From the IMG/VR virus record IMGVR_UViG_2061766007_001614: a DNA stretch of 20,000 nucleotides; one strand, written 5' to 3'. Shown piece by piece: positions 1 to 9,803 of this stretch (position 1 is its first letter; the number at the start of each line of letters is the position of its first letter). Made by a program: the position numbers and the translations under genes. This DNA is from an uncultured virus (IMG/VR IMGVR_UViG_2061766007_001614). Taxonomy: Duplodnaviria > Heunggongvirae > Uroviricota > Caudoviricetes. The notes under the pieces are model-generated. The model saw only the letters and a program-made list of their open reading frames with translations. It ran no database searches and was not told where the DNA came from.

Positions 1-2
1 TA

Positions 3-686
3 GCTGACCAGCCTTTTTTATATGCGCAGCTTTTGATGCTTATGGATTCAAACCAGGATCAGGAAATGGATATGATAAGAACGTCCTCTGCAATTTCAAT
101 TGTAAGAGGATTTCTTCAGGAAAATAAACTGAATGACGCTATATCAAAACTCATGGGAGATATTGAACATGTCCAAAGGAATTCCGCTACTATCAAGTCT
201 CTTCAGGATGCTAAACAGAAGGTTGTTGCGCAGATAACAACACTTGCTGCAGAAAGCTGCCTGTCACTAAAGAACAGTAAAACAGCTACCAGAGGGGACA
301 ATACCTGGACTGGAAGAATTAAGAAGATAAGAGACCTGAACCTTTATGAGACCAACGGTTTTGATATTGCAACCTGTAAAGGCATGCAACAGGTTCAGGA
401 GATATCCGATGCTTCCATAATGAAACAGCTTGCTCTTGATGATAGTGACTGGTCAGATATGGTCGCCGAACAGCGGAACCTGATAGCAGAACTTCAGAAA
501 GAGCGAGACCAGTACAAGGAAATAAATCGTCTTTTATTGAAGGAAAACATAGGGCTTAAAGACACATTGGAAGAAAAAGGATATGACGTAAAAGGAAACA
601 CCAAAAATCTTAAAGAGATCTACTCTGTATTTGCGGGACAGGAGGAAGACATCGATGAAGAACCAGAAACTGATGATGCCGACTGA
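3..686 (+). CDS. Phage protein upstream of terminase, 5'-truncated by window edge (possible small terminase / packaging partner)
   Basis: Frame is open from position 3 (ADQPFLYAQLLMLMDS...). Coiled-coil and acidic C-terminus; overlaps the terminase start. Function inferred from position only. Confidence 0.6.
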   Translation, partial: ADQPFLYAQLLMLMDSNQDQEMDMIRTSSAISIVRGFLQENKLNDAISKLMGDIEHVQRNSATIKSLQDAKQKVVAQITTLAAESCLSLKNSKTATRGDNTWTGRIKKIRDLNLYETNGFDIATCKGMQQVQEISDASIMKQLALDDSDWSDMVAEQRNLIAELQKERDQYKEINRLLLKENIGLKDTLEEKGYDVKGNTKNLKEIYSVFAGQEEDIDEEPETDDAD

Positions 687-2707
687 CATGAACCTCCCAT
701 ACGATAAGGATTTCTTTAAAGATTATGGAGTATACGTTAAACCGATAAATTACGCATTGTCCCAAAGGAAGGTAGAATCCTTACTTGAGATAGCCAAGAT
801 GCAGAAGTACTTCCAATGCAATCCAGTCCAATGGATAGATATCATGTACAATATTGAGCTTATAGACTCGCAGGCTCTTGTTGTACAGAAATCGTGGACA
901 TGTCCTCATTTCCTGGCAGTGTGCAGTAGGGGATGGGGAAAGTCTACAGTTATAGATCTGGAGCTCATGGCTAAAGATTCTCTGTTTTGTAATTACTGGG
1001 CATATATTGCTTCTGGTACCGGCTCACAGGCCGAGAATACTTTTATTACATTAGAAAAACTGGCAAACGATAATATAGATACTTTTGAAGGCTCGACGGG
1101 AAAAATCTTCAAAGACGAAGTTATAGTAAAGGCGGCCTCGGGAGATGGCTTTTGTCACACTCCGGGTAGCTTTAACTACCAGCTTTATAACGGATCACAA
1201 ACGGCAACATTAAATTCGAACATAGATTCGAAGCGTGGTTTCAGGGGCTCCGTTATATTTGATGAGNNNNNNNNNNNNNNNNNNNNNNNNNNNNATGAAG
1301 GTGTATGGAGCATTTGCCATTGTTGAAAAAGGTTTTAAGACCGGTAAAGTAGACGGTCATTCCATAGACCCTATACGACAGAGAACTTTTGCAACTAATA
1401 TCCCAAATCAGTTGTTTTATATTTCTTCTGCATCTTCTACAGACACTCCGTTTTATGCTTTATATAAAGAATTTTCAAAGCGAATGATAATGGGTGACCC
1501 TGACTATTATGTTGTCCATATTGATTGTGAGCAGGCATTTAAACCTACTCTCCGTGGAGAACTGATAGCTCCCCTCCTCTCTCGTTCGACTGTTAAGTCT
1601 GAGATGAGAACCAATCCTGAAAAGGCAAGGCGCGAGTATTATTGCCAGTTCACAACAGATGCGGGTAACGATGCCATTGTTAAACGAGGAGTTATTGTAA
1701 GGAATGAAGAAATACGTCCGCCTGTCCTCAGTGGTGATGGCAAGCACAAATATATTATTGCTTATGATCCTGCTCGTCAGAGGGATAACTCTTTCATTCT
1801 TGTAGGAGAAGTGTATGACGAAAAGAACCCTGACGGTTCAAAAGATACCAAGTGCCGATTGGTAAATGGTATCAATCTGTTGGATGTAGGAAAGAAAATT
1901 AAAAGTCCTATGCAGACTCCCGACCAGGTGAAGTATTTAAAACAAGTCATATTGGACTATAATGCCGGTGCGGATAATTACGACAATATAATCGGAGTAT
2001 ATATTGATGCCGGAGCCGGTGGTGGTGGAGTATCCATTGCGGATTACCTCATGGCTGACTGGGAGGATGACAAAGGGAATCTTCATCCGGGACTCATTGA
2101 TAAAGAATTCTCTGAGGACTACGTGAGTAAATTCCCTAATGCTATAAATAAATTGCATCTTATGGCTCCATCTAAGTGGAAGTCTCAGATGTTTGAAGAA
2201 CTGATTGAGATGGTCAACCAAGACAAAATAAAATTCACTGCGTCCTACGACCATAAAGGATATATCACAACTTTTGATATAGATGAGGATCTTCTAAAAA
2301 AGGAAAAGAAACGCATCAGTGATAAGTTGAAAGCTGAACAGGGACTGGAGGGTGACGAACTTACCAAGGCAGTAAAAGAAGAACTGACAAAAGCGGAAAC
2401 TATCAAGACAAAGATGGTGAAGCTTAGCTGGTTTGAAGAGCTTGCCCTTAGTAATATTGATGCCCTAAAAGAGGAGGCAGTGAACATCGCGAGGAAGAAG
2501 AATACTTCCGGAAGAGATTCTTTCGATCTCATCCCGGAAAAGGCTCATACTCTTCACGATGATAGAATGTACTGCCTGAGTCTTCTCAGCCATTCGCTTT
2601 ATGGACTACGTAGAAAAGAATTAGTTGGAAGACCAAAACAATCAAATGATGAATTACTAAGGAAGCTTGCATCAAGTATGCGGGCTTCTTCTATTATTCA
2701 AAGATAA
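655..2707 (+). CDS. terL: Terminase large subunit (one gene, split in the ORF track by the N gap at 1267-1294)
   Basis: GGAGG RBS at 641-645, ATG 655. Walker A CSRGWGKST, Walker B VIFDE, coupling motif YISSAS, nuclease motifs IAYDPA, YIDAGAGGGG and HDDR. Confidence 0.92.
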
Positions 2708-2723
2708 GAAAGGGGGACTGCCG

Positions 2724-4298
2724 ATGGCACGAACTAAAGCGGGTACGGACAGTACCCCTAGAAAAGCACTTGAAGAAATAAGAGCGGAATTCAATAAAGA
2801 GGAAGCCAGACGTAAAGAGAATTACGAGAATGCTATGGAAGCTCTGAAAAAATTCCGCGACCCAAGTAAAGCTGCAGATATCACTCTGAACAGCTATGAG
2901 CGTAAAAAGATACGTGAGTATTTAAAACGTCCTGCTAGTAGTGAAGATAAACTCAGGGAAGTAGCTGATTATCTGTATTACCGTAATCAGATACTGTATA
3001 GATTGTGTCATTGGTATGCGTCTATGTGGTCACTGGAATGTAGACAGATTATTCCAGGCTACTCTCTCACTGCTCAGAACAATCCGCAGTCAATGCTAAA
3101 GCAGTATGAAGAAACTCTTGATAAGTTGGATTCATTTAATATTCAGGGTAATTGGCATGACGTGGCACTGAGATGTTACCTGGAAGATGTATGCTTTACT
3201 ATCTTTTTCCGTGATGGCAAGGATTCATTTTTCTATATCATGAACCCTGATGAGTGTCGCATAGATGGACGATATCTAAGCGGTGACTTCTCCTATAGTG
3301 TGAACATGGCCAAGTGGAAATCTGATAAGAAAAGACAGCTTGCTAGCTGGCTCGGAGAACCATTGGTATCGATGCTCAGGGAATATGACGAGACGGGCGC
3401 TCAGTGGATACATATGCCTGATGAATGGGGCGCTGCATTTAAGTTTAATTCAGACAGACCCTATCTGGTCATCCCACCTACTGCTGCTCTTCTGCAACAG
3501 ATAGCTGCGCTGAATGATATCGCAGACCTTCAGGCACTTAAGGATGAAGCCTCTGTGTACAAGTTGCTGCTCGTTCCCATGAAGGTATTGTCCGGGGCCA
3601 AGAATTCTGATGATTGGGCGGTATCTATAGATTTATTGATTGAGTACTACGACATCATGAAACAGATACTCCCTGAGTATGTTGCGTCAGCGCTAATCCC
3701 CGGAGAAGTTACGAATGATAACGTTATCGATTTTTCGACAACGTCAGCTGATAAGGATGTAGACAGGCTTCAGCAAAGCCAGGATACTCTAACAAGTACC
3801 TCAGGTGGTTCCATCCTTAATATGAAGTATGTTAACAGTAACTATGCTTTTGCAGCTTGGCTGAAAGCTGAATCCGAGTTTGCTATATCATCTCTTATAC
3901 CTCAGATAGAGGGCTTTACGAACAGGATGCTTAAGTATGATATCCAAAACGGTGCCCCTGTATTAGGAAGAAATGAGCCATGCAAGATAAAGTATTTCGA
4001 GGTCACAATCTTTACAAAGGATGATCTTCGAGACAGTCTTCTTTCTTCATGCCAATACAGCTTCAGTAACCGAATGGCATATAACACGTTTAATGGTATC
4101 TCGGAAAGAGCTACGCTCTCGATGGAATTTTTCGAAACACAAGTGCTTCATCTTCCAGAGCTGATGACTCATCCGCTCCAATCAAGCTATACCACATCAG
4201 GTGAAGGTGGAGCTCCCGAGAAAAGTCCCGATGAACTGACTGATTCTGGTGAACGGTCCAGGAATATGGGGAGAAAGGAGGGAATAGATGTTTCGTGA
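2724..4298 (+). CDS. Portal protein
   Basis: AAAGGGGG RBS then ATG 2724; about 524 aa directly after terminase; C-terminal HPLQSSYTTSG..GGAP tail of the kind seen in SPbeta-like portals (from recall); synteny. Confidence 0.8.
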   Translation: MARTKAGTDSTPRKALEEIRAEFNKEEARRKENYENAMEALKKFRDPSKAADITLNSYERKKIREYLKRPASSEDKLREVADYLYYRNQILYRLCHWYASMWSLECRQIIPGYSLTAQNNPQSMLKQYEETLDKLDSFNIQGNWHDVALRCYLEDVCFTIFFRDGKDSFFYIMNPDECRIDGRYLSGDFSYSVNMAKWKSDKKRQLASWLGEPLVSMLREYDETGAQWIHMPDEWGAAFKFNSDRPYLVIPPTAALLQQIAALNDIADLQALKDEASVYKLLLVPMKVLSGAKNSDDWAVSIDLLIEYYDIMKQILPEYVASALIPGEVTNDNVIDFSTTSADKDVDRLQQSQDTLTSTSGGSILNMKYVNSNYAFAAWLKAESEFAISSLIPQIEGFTNRMLKYDIQNGAPVLGRNEPCKIKYFEVTIFTKDDLRDSLLSSCQYSFSNRMAYNTFNGISERATLSMEFFETQVLHLPELMTHPLQSSYTTSGEGGAPEKSPDELTDSGERSRNMGRKEGIDVS

Positions 4299-4842
4299 TA
4301 TTGTATTGATCTTAGCTGGTGGTGGTGCCTTAGCTGCAATGCTAAAGTTTATCGAGTTTCTGATAGATCACCATACAAAAAGAAGAGAACGTAGGGAAGA
4401 CAAGAGGGACGCATTAGGAAATCTTCGAACAGAATTAAAGGACCATCTTACAAACGTCAATCTTGATTGGAAAAGAGACTATTGCGACAAGCATTTTGAA
4501 GCGATAGGAGAATTAAAGGAAGTCTCTGGTCAGCTTAAGGACAATGTGATACTCCTTACCCAAACGGTAACATCAATGAAAGAGTATAACGTACATGTTG
4601 GCAGTGCTGTCCAGGGAATAATCCATGACAGGATAATCCATAACGTAGATTGTTATATTGCCAGAGGTGCAATAACTCGTGAGGAACTGTCCACCTTGAA
4701 GTCAATGTATGAACCATACAAAGAACTGGGCGGTAATGGATCTGTAAAAGATGCATGGGATATTGCAAGCGACTTACCGGTTATAACAAAAGAAGAAGCA
4801 GCCAAGCTTGACTTGGAACTTGAACGAAAGAAATTTGCATGA
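4288..4842 (+). CDS. Membrane-anchored holin-like phage protein
   Basis: AAGGAGG RBS; N-terminal hydrophobic helix IVLILAGGGALAAMLKFIEFLI followed by a basic patch; C-terminal MYEPYKELGGNG motif like Firmicutes phage holin-like proteins. Confidence 0.5.
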   Translation: MFRDIVLILAGGGALAAMLKFIEFLIDHHTKRRERREDKRDALGNLRTELKDHLTNVNLDWKRDYCDKHFEAIGELKEVSGQLKDNVILLTQTVTSMKEYNVHVGSAVQGIIHDRIIHNVDCYIARGAITREELSTLKSMYEPYKELGGNGSVKDAWDIASDLPVITKEEAAKLDLELERKKFA

Positions 4843-4858
4843 AAGGAGGAAACGATGC

Positions 4859-5104
4859 ATGAGTTATTGGTTAGATAGCTCCCAGCAGTATTCGGGATTC
4901 CCAACCCAAAGAGACTTTTACTGCGATACGCCGGATGATATCTCCAATCTTCCCACAATAACGCAACCAGGCGTTCAACAGGGAGATGATACCATATCGT
5001 GTCAGATTGTATCTCCGGGTTCAAGTTGTATGTGTCTTTCTCCTGCCACGCTTTACTTCCTAAACAGTGAAGGCCGATGGGTAGACGGAAAAAAGGAGGG
5101 GTAA
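4859..5104 (+). CDS. Small phage protein (81 aa), possible virion accessory
   Basis: AAAGGAGG RBS at 4842-4849; MSYWLDSS...DFYCDTPDDISNLPT...GSSCMC...YFLNSEGRW. Confidence 0.65.
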   Translation: MSYWLDSSQQYSGFPTQRDFYCDTPDDISNLPTITQPGVQQGDDTISCQIVSPGSSCMCLSPATLYFLNSEGRWVDGKKEG

Positions 5105-5107
5105 TTT

Positions 5108-5560
5108 ATGGATAAGAAAACCTTATTCCTTCTTTTGAACCGCATCAGCGAGATGGGCGGGGATACATATACAAAAGACGAGATCGACGACATGATTGCG
5201 CAGCTGCGTACTTTTGAAATGGAAGTAGTCTTAAGGCTGCCAACAGAAAACATCAAGACCAACTGTATTTACTTTGTGCCCAGAGGACAACTTGGGCAGG
5301 ATGCTTATTATGAGTATGTCTATGTAAATAACAAGTGGGAGTTCGTCGGATCAACAGAGGTAGACCTGACTAATTATTGGACCATCAATGAGACAAAACA
5401 ATACATTGAGGACAATAAGTATGTACTGCCTCAGGCCACCGAGGATACCTTAGGTGGAATAAAGCTAAGTAATAACGGCGCCGTCACGTTAGACGAAGAT
5501 GGCAATGCTGTTATCGCAACTACAAGTGAAGAAGACATTGCGGCTCTCTTCGCTTCATGA
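5108..5560 (+). CDS. Fibre/decoration protein A (150 aa)
   Basis: AAGGAGG RBS; fibre-type motifs YTKDEIDD, LPTENIKTNCIYFV...YYEYVYVNNKWEFVG and LPQATEDTLGGIK; ends EEDIAALFAS. Confidence 0.65.
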   Translation: MDKKTLFLLLNRISEMGGDTYTKDEIDDMIAQLRTFEMEVVLRLPTENIKTNCIYFVPRGQLGQDAYYEYVYVNNKWEFVGSTEVDLTNYWTINETKQYIEDNKYVLPQATEDTLGGIKLSNNGAVTLDEDGNAVIATTSEEDIAALFAS

Positions 5561-5606
5561 GTAAAAGGGACACTATTAAAAAACTAAAACAAAGGAGAAA
5601 AAAACA

Positions 5607-6704
5607 ATGGCAGATATTAATAAGACTTATGTTGACTATGCTGGTTTGTCAAAATATGACGAGCTGATTAAAGGTAAAATGGCTGCGGATATCGCAACCG
5701 AAGCAACCAGAGCAACTGGCGTAGAGGCCGGACTTCAGAGTGCAATTGATATACTTAATGGCAATGATACCACTACCGGTTCCGTAGCCAAGGCCGTAAA
5801 GGATGGCGTTGATGCTCTTGACGCTCAGCTTGCAGCTGTAGCAAAGTCAGGCGATGCTGATGACGTTGCATATGATAATACTACATCCGGACTTGCAGCT
5901 ACTGATGTCCAGGCTGCAATCGATGAAGTTGCTGCTGCTTCTGCAGGCGGTGTTTCATCAAAGACTGTTTACATGGTAGATAATGGAGCTACTTCTGCTT
6001 ATGCAAAGGTATATAACATTTACCAGGGTGACCAGGGAAGTGCTGCTGATCCTGAAGTAACAGAGCTTATTGGAACGATCAATATTCCTAAGGATAAGGT
6101 TGTTGAGGATGGCTCGGTTGTATCTATCTTCTTCGATTCTTCAGACAACACTCTTCATGAAGGTTCTATCTCTGGTACAGACGTAACAGAACTTATCGTA
6201 GGAGCAGGTGGCACAGCTACATCAGCAGATGCCGGTAAGTACATTAAACTTACACTTCAGAATGTAACAGATCCTCTGTACATTGCAGCTCAGTCACTGG
6301 TTGATATTTATACTGGTGGAACAACCGCAGAAGCCACAGTATCAATCAGCAATGCTAACGAAATCACAGTATCAATTGGAACAATCGCTGCTACAAAGAT
6401 TTCTCACAATTCAAGCACAGTTGAGGCAGCTCTCAATGTTCTTGAGGGTGATTCCACAACAGCTGGTTCAGTTGCAAAGGCAGAGGCAGATGCAAAGGCA
6501 TATGCAGATGGACTTGTAGCTGGTCTTGATACATCCAGCGATGTTGCTCTTTATAGCCATGACACAACAACTGGCGCTGTAACATTTACCGGAAGCCTCG
6601 CTGAGTCTGATGGTATTATCGGAGAAGGATCAGGTGATGATGTAATCTTCACTCCTGTTACAAATTCAGAGATTCAGGCACTCTTCGCTTCTGTTTCCGC
6701 ATAA
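5607..6704 (+). CDS. Fibre/decoration protein B (365 aa, A/G/T/S/D-rich)
   Basis: AAAGGAGA RBS; internal repeat LNGNDTTTGSVAKA / LEGDSTTAGSVAKA; ATDVQAAIDEV fibre motif; N-terminal YVDYAGL and C-terminal EIQALFAS. Confidence 0.7.
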   Translation: MADINKTYVDYAGLSKYDELIKGKMAADIATEATRATGVEAGLQSAIDILNGNDTTTGSVAKAVKDGVDALDAQLAAVAKSGDADDVAYDNTTSGLAATDVQAAIDEVAAASAGGVSSKTVYMVDNGATSAYAKVYNIYQGDQGSAADPEVTELIGTINIPKDKVVEDGSVVSIFFDSSDNTLHEGSISGTDVTELIVGAGGTATSADAGKYIKLTLQNVTDPLYIAAQSLVDIYTGGTTAEATVSISNANEITVSIGTIAATKISHNSSTVEAALNVLEGDSTTAGSVAKAEADAKAYADGLVAGLDTSSDVALYSHDTTTGAVTFTGSLAESDGIIGEGSGDDVIFTPVTNSEIQALFASVSA

Positions 6705-6727
6705 AATTAAATTGAAAGGAGATTGCC

Positions 6728-7814
6728 ATGTCTGACATAACGAAAAAGTATGTGGACTATGCTGGCCTTCAGGAATATGACAGCCAGATAAAGGGTGTAA
6801 TCTCCACGGACTTTGTAGGGGCTACGTCATCTGCGGATGGCGCAGCCGGCAGAGTACCGGCTCCCGAATCCGGAGACGAAAATAAATTTTTACGTGGAGA
6901 CGGCACTTGGGCAGCTTCACCGGCTGCTAGCGGTGTTACCGGTGTAAAAGGTAATTCTGAAATAAACTATCGGCAGGGCGATGTAAATATAACTCCAGAC
7001 AATATTGGGCTGGGTAATGTTGGAAATTATAAAGCAGTTTCAACAGTTGCAAATCAAGAGCTTACCGCAGCGGAACAGTCAAATGCCAGGACCAATATTG
7101 GCGCTTTAGATGATAGTATTTTTTCCAATTGTGATGCTTGGTATCCTAAAACTTGGAATGGATTGACTGAGTTTTTAGCAGTTGACGTCTGGACGGATGG
7201 AGATAACATTTATTATTCACATGTTCTTTTTCCAGAGGGTACTAATAAACAATATGTCCTTAATGTAGCTACATCCACTTGGTCTCCTAAGACTTGGAAC
7301 GGATTGACTGAATTTTATGGACGTTTTGTCTGGACGGATGGAGATAACATTTATTATTCAGAGATTACTGTTCCAGAGGGCATTAGTAATCAGTATGTTC
7401 TTGATAAATCTACTTCCACCTGGTCTCCTAAGACTTGGAACGGATTGACTNNNNNNNNNNAACATTAATGAATCGGCTATTTGGCGAGATGGGACTAATA
7501 CATATTACTCTAGATATAACTCTGTTAGTTCAGACCAGTATGTCTTAAACAAAGCGAAAGTTTTAGGTACAGCAGCCATAAAGAATGTTGCCATTAGCGG
7601 TGATGCTAGTTCGACACAAGTAGTTATGGGTAATGATAGTCGTCTTACTGATGCTCGAAATGCTGCGGACGTTTCAGCCTGGGCCAAAGAGTCTACAAAG
7701 CCGACATATACTGCTTCTGAAGTAGGAATATTTAGTGGAACCTCCTCGGAATGGGATCAGCTGACTTCAACCCAGAAGGCCTCTTATACAATCGTAATCC
7801 TAGCTGACGATTAA
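6728..7814 (+). CDS. Fibre/adhesin protein C with inserted Kelch-like beta-propeller repeats (gap at 7451-7460)
   Basis: AAAGGAGA RBS; fibre motifs GRVPAP...KFLRGDGTW, VTGVKG..E..YRQGDVNIT, GNDSRLTDAR and VSAWAK..TKPTYTASEVG. After the gap the frame starting at 7461 is open to TAA 7814. Confidence 0.75.
7139..7553 (+). repeat. Tandem coding repeat, 141-nt (47 aa) period: WxPKTWNGLT-x7-WTDGDNIYYS-xn-QYVL-x-TST
   Basis: Units start at 7139, 7280 and 7421; the last is interrupted by an N gap, so the true copy number is unknown. Confidence 0.9.
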
Positions 7815-7825
7815 AAGGTGATTCT

Positions 7826-7996
7826 ATGAATTTTATAAAGACAAGCGATGCAGAACTTGCCAAAGAGCTAAGGGCTTCTGGATATAAGGAGCTAAAAAGC
7901 CAGGGCAAGTTTTTTGTATTCATAAACAATGGGGATACCACCTTCTCTGCTGAACAGAAAAAGAAGATGGTAATGACCAATAAGATGGAGGTTTAA
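7826..7996 (+). CDS. Small protein (56 aa) upstream of the prohead protease; not in the ORF track
   Basis: AAGGTGA RBS; MNFIKTSDAELAKELRASGYKELKSQGKFFVFINNG...NKMEV; stop abuts the GTG at 7998. Confidence 0.7.
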   Translation: MNFIKTSDAELAKELRASGYKELKSQGKFFVFINNGDTTFSAEQKKKMVMTNKMEV

Positions 7997-7997
7997 A

Positions 7998-9579
7998 GTG
8001 AAAAAGAAACTCTTAACACTAGAAGACCTCGTCAAGTTTTGCAGAGAACAGAAACTGTTCTCATTCAGCTCAAAAGAGAATGGATACCAGTTATGTGTAT
8101 CTGTTCCCGCTACATTTGAGAAACAGGAAGATGAAAGCTCTTCTCTTCTGTTTTCAAAGATAAAGGCTTTTCACACAGGCCGCAACAGAAACGACTCTAG
8201 TGTAACTGTTGAGGCTGCAGAAAAGTCCTTGAGCACCTTTGCTTATAAGCCTATACTGGCAGCCTTTACTACCGACAAGAACGGTAATGAAGACTTCATG
8301 TCTCATGAGATGGAAATCGATGATGACGGTAATGTTATTTATATTGAACAGCAAGTAGGCAGCTTTACTGCTGATGCCCCATTCATGGAAAAGGATCCTG
8401 AGCATGAGGACAGACAATATGTATATGCTCTAGCAGCTATACCCCGTGAGTACACCCATGCTGCGGATATTATTGAACGCAAAGGTGGGACTAAAGTATC
8501 AGTAGAACTCATTGTCAATAAGTTTTCCTATGATGAAGAGGAAGATGTTTTATTGTTGGAAGACATTGAGGTATCAGGACTTACGCTCCTCGGCATATCC
8601 GAAGAAGGCGGCGACCCTAAGAAGGACGCTGTTGAAGAGGGCATGGAAGGTGCACGTCTTGATATTGCTGACTTTAGCAGACAGAAGAACAGTTCATTCT
8701 CATATGAGAAGCTGGAAAGTGTTATCAAAGAGACTATCATACAGACTCTTAATGATAATAAAACTAAGGAAGGAGGAAATACGATGAAGTTTAGTGACGA
8801 GAAACTAAACGAGCTGCTTGAGAAGTATGCGGTTAAGTCAGAGGATCTGACCTTTGACCTTGAAGCGATTGAATCTGACGAAGCTCTTGAAAAGGCTTTT
8901 GAAGCACAGTTTTCAGTTCCTTCCGCAGAACCTGAGCCAGCTCCTGAGGAGAAGACAATCACAATGTCTCTGACTCTTGGTGATACTGTAAAAGAGTTTT
9001 CAAGGAGTCTCTCAGAAGTTATTTATGCTTTGTCAGACCTTGTCAATGCTACTTATAGTGAAGACAACACTATCTACTGCGTGGACGTATTTGATGATGG
9101 CAGTGCCAAATCTAAGTACCTTATCATGCAGGATATGTTTACCGGTAAAGCTTACAAGCAGAGCTGGTCATTTAAAGATGGTGTTTATTCTCTCAAGGGT
9201 GAAAGGGTTGACGTTTACAGTGTATGGGTAACAGCTGAGGAAAAAGAACAGCTTGAGGCTATGAAAGCCAACTATGCTGCTAACGAGACAAAACTTGAAG
9301 AGGCAACAAAAGAACTTGATCTTTACAAGGCAGAACCTGAGAAGGTTGAGCTTCTTAATTCGGATGACTACTCCGTTGTCCGTGATACTGCTGAGTTTGC
9401 AGAGCTTTCAAAGAGAGAGTCTTACTTCTCTCTCACCAAGGAAGACCTTACTCAGAAGCTTGACGGCATGCTTGTAGAGTTTGCCAAGAAACAGTCAAGA
9501 GAAACAAAGGTTGAACCGGTTGCTGCAAAGAGATTTGGTTTCGGTGAGCCCGAAGCTAAGTCAGGCAGATACGGCGGAG
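7998..9579 (+). CDS. Prohead protease / scaffold fusion (true stop lost in the gap after 9579)
   Basis: GGAGG RBS, GTG start; N-terminal HTGRNRN, KPILA, KVSVEL, GLTLLG and EGMEGA motifs; acidic coiled-coil C-terminal half; lies upstream of the capsid genes. Confidence 0.8.
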
Positions 9580-9590
9580 NNNNNNNNNNG

Positions 9591-9763
9591 GTAATAAACA
9601 ATATGTTCTTGATGTGGCCACTTCCACCTGGTCTCCTAAGACTTGGAACGGATTGACTGACATTTATGGGCCGAGTATTTGGACGGATGGAGATAACATT
9701 TATTATTCGAATAGTAATAAACAATATGTTCTTGATGTGGCCACTTCCACCTGGTCTCCTAAG
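9591..9763 (+). repeat. Isolated copy of the fibre-C repeat unit between two 10-N gaps
   Basis: Reads NKQYVLDVATST-WSPKTWNGLT-DIYGPSI-WTDGDNIYYS-NSNKQYVLDVATSTWSPK; identical 50-nt ends at 9591 and 9714 (123-nt period). Confidence 0.9.
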
Positions 9764-9803
9764 NNNNNNNNNNTATGTTAAAATATTTATCCCGGAGGTT
9801 CTT

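Noticed and set aside
1235..1326. Programmed frameshift, intein or pseudogene in the terminase
   Set aside because: The frame change coincides with a 28-N gap of estimated length. The same applies to the apparent splits at 7451, 12661, 14921 and 17340.
7139..7450. CRISPR array (constant blocks alternating with variable spacers)
   Set aside because: Two alternating constant blocks, an in-frame 141-nt period within an ORF, synonymous-site variation and no cas genes: this is a protein repeat.
9591..9763. DGR template repeat for the fibre-C repeats
   Set aside because: Differences from the coding copies are not confined to adenines (e.g. CCG vs CGT, GGG vs GGA, GAC vs GAA, ATT vs GTC), there are length differences, and no reverse transcriptase is in the window.
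9666..9803. N-terminal extension of the GIY-YIG ORF and C-terminal tail of the 7998 ORF as given in the track
   Set aside because: Both are off-frame readings of the stray repeat between gaps; the real GIY-YIG start is ATG 9804 after GGAGG.
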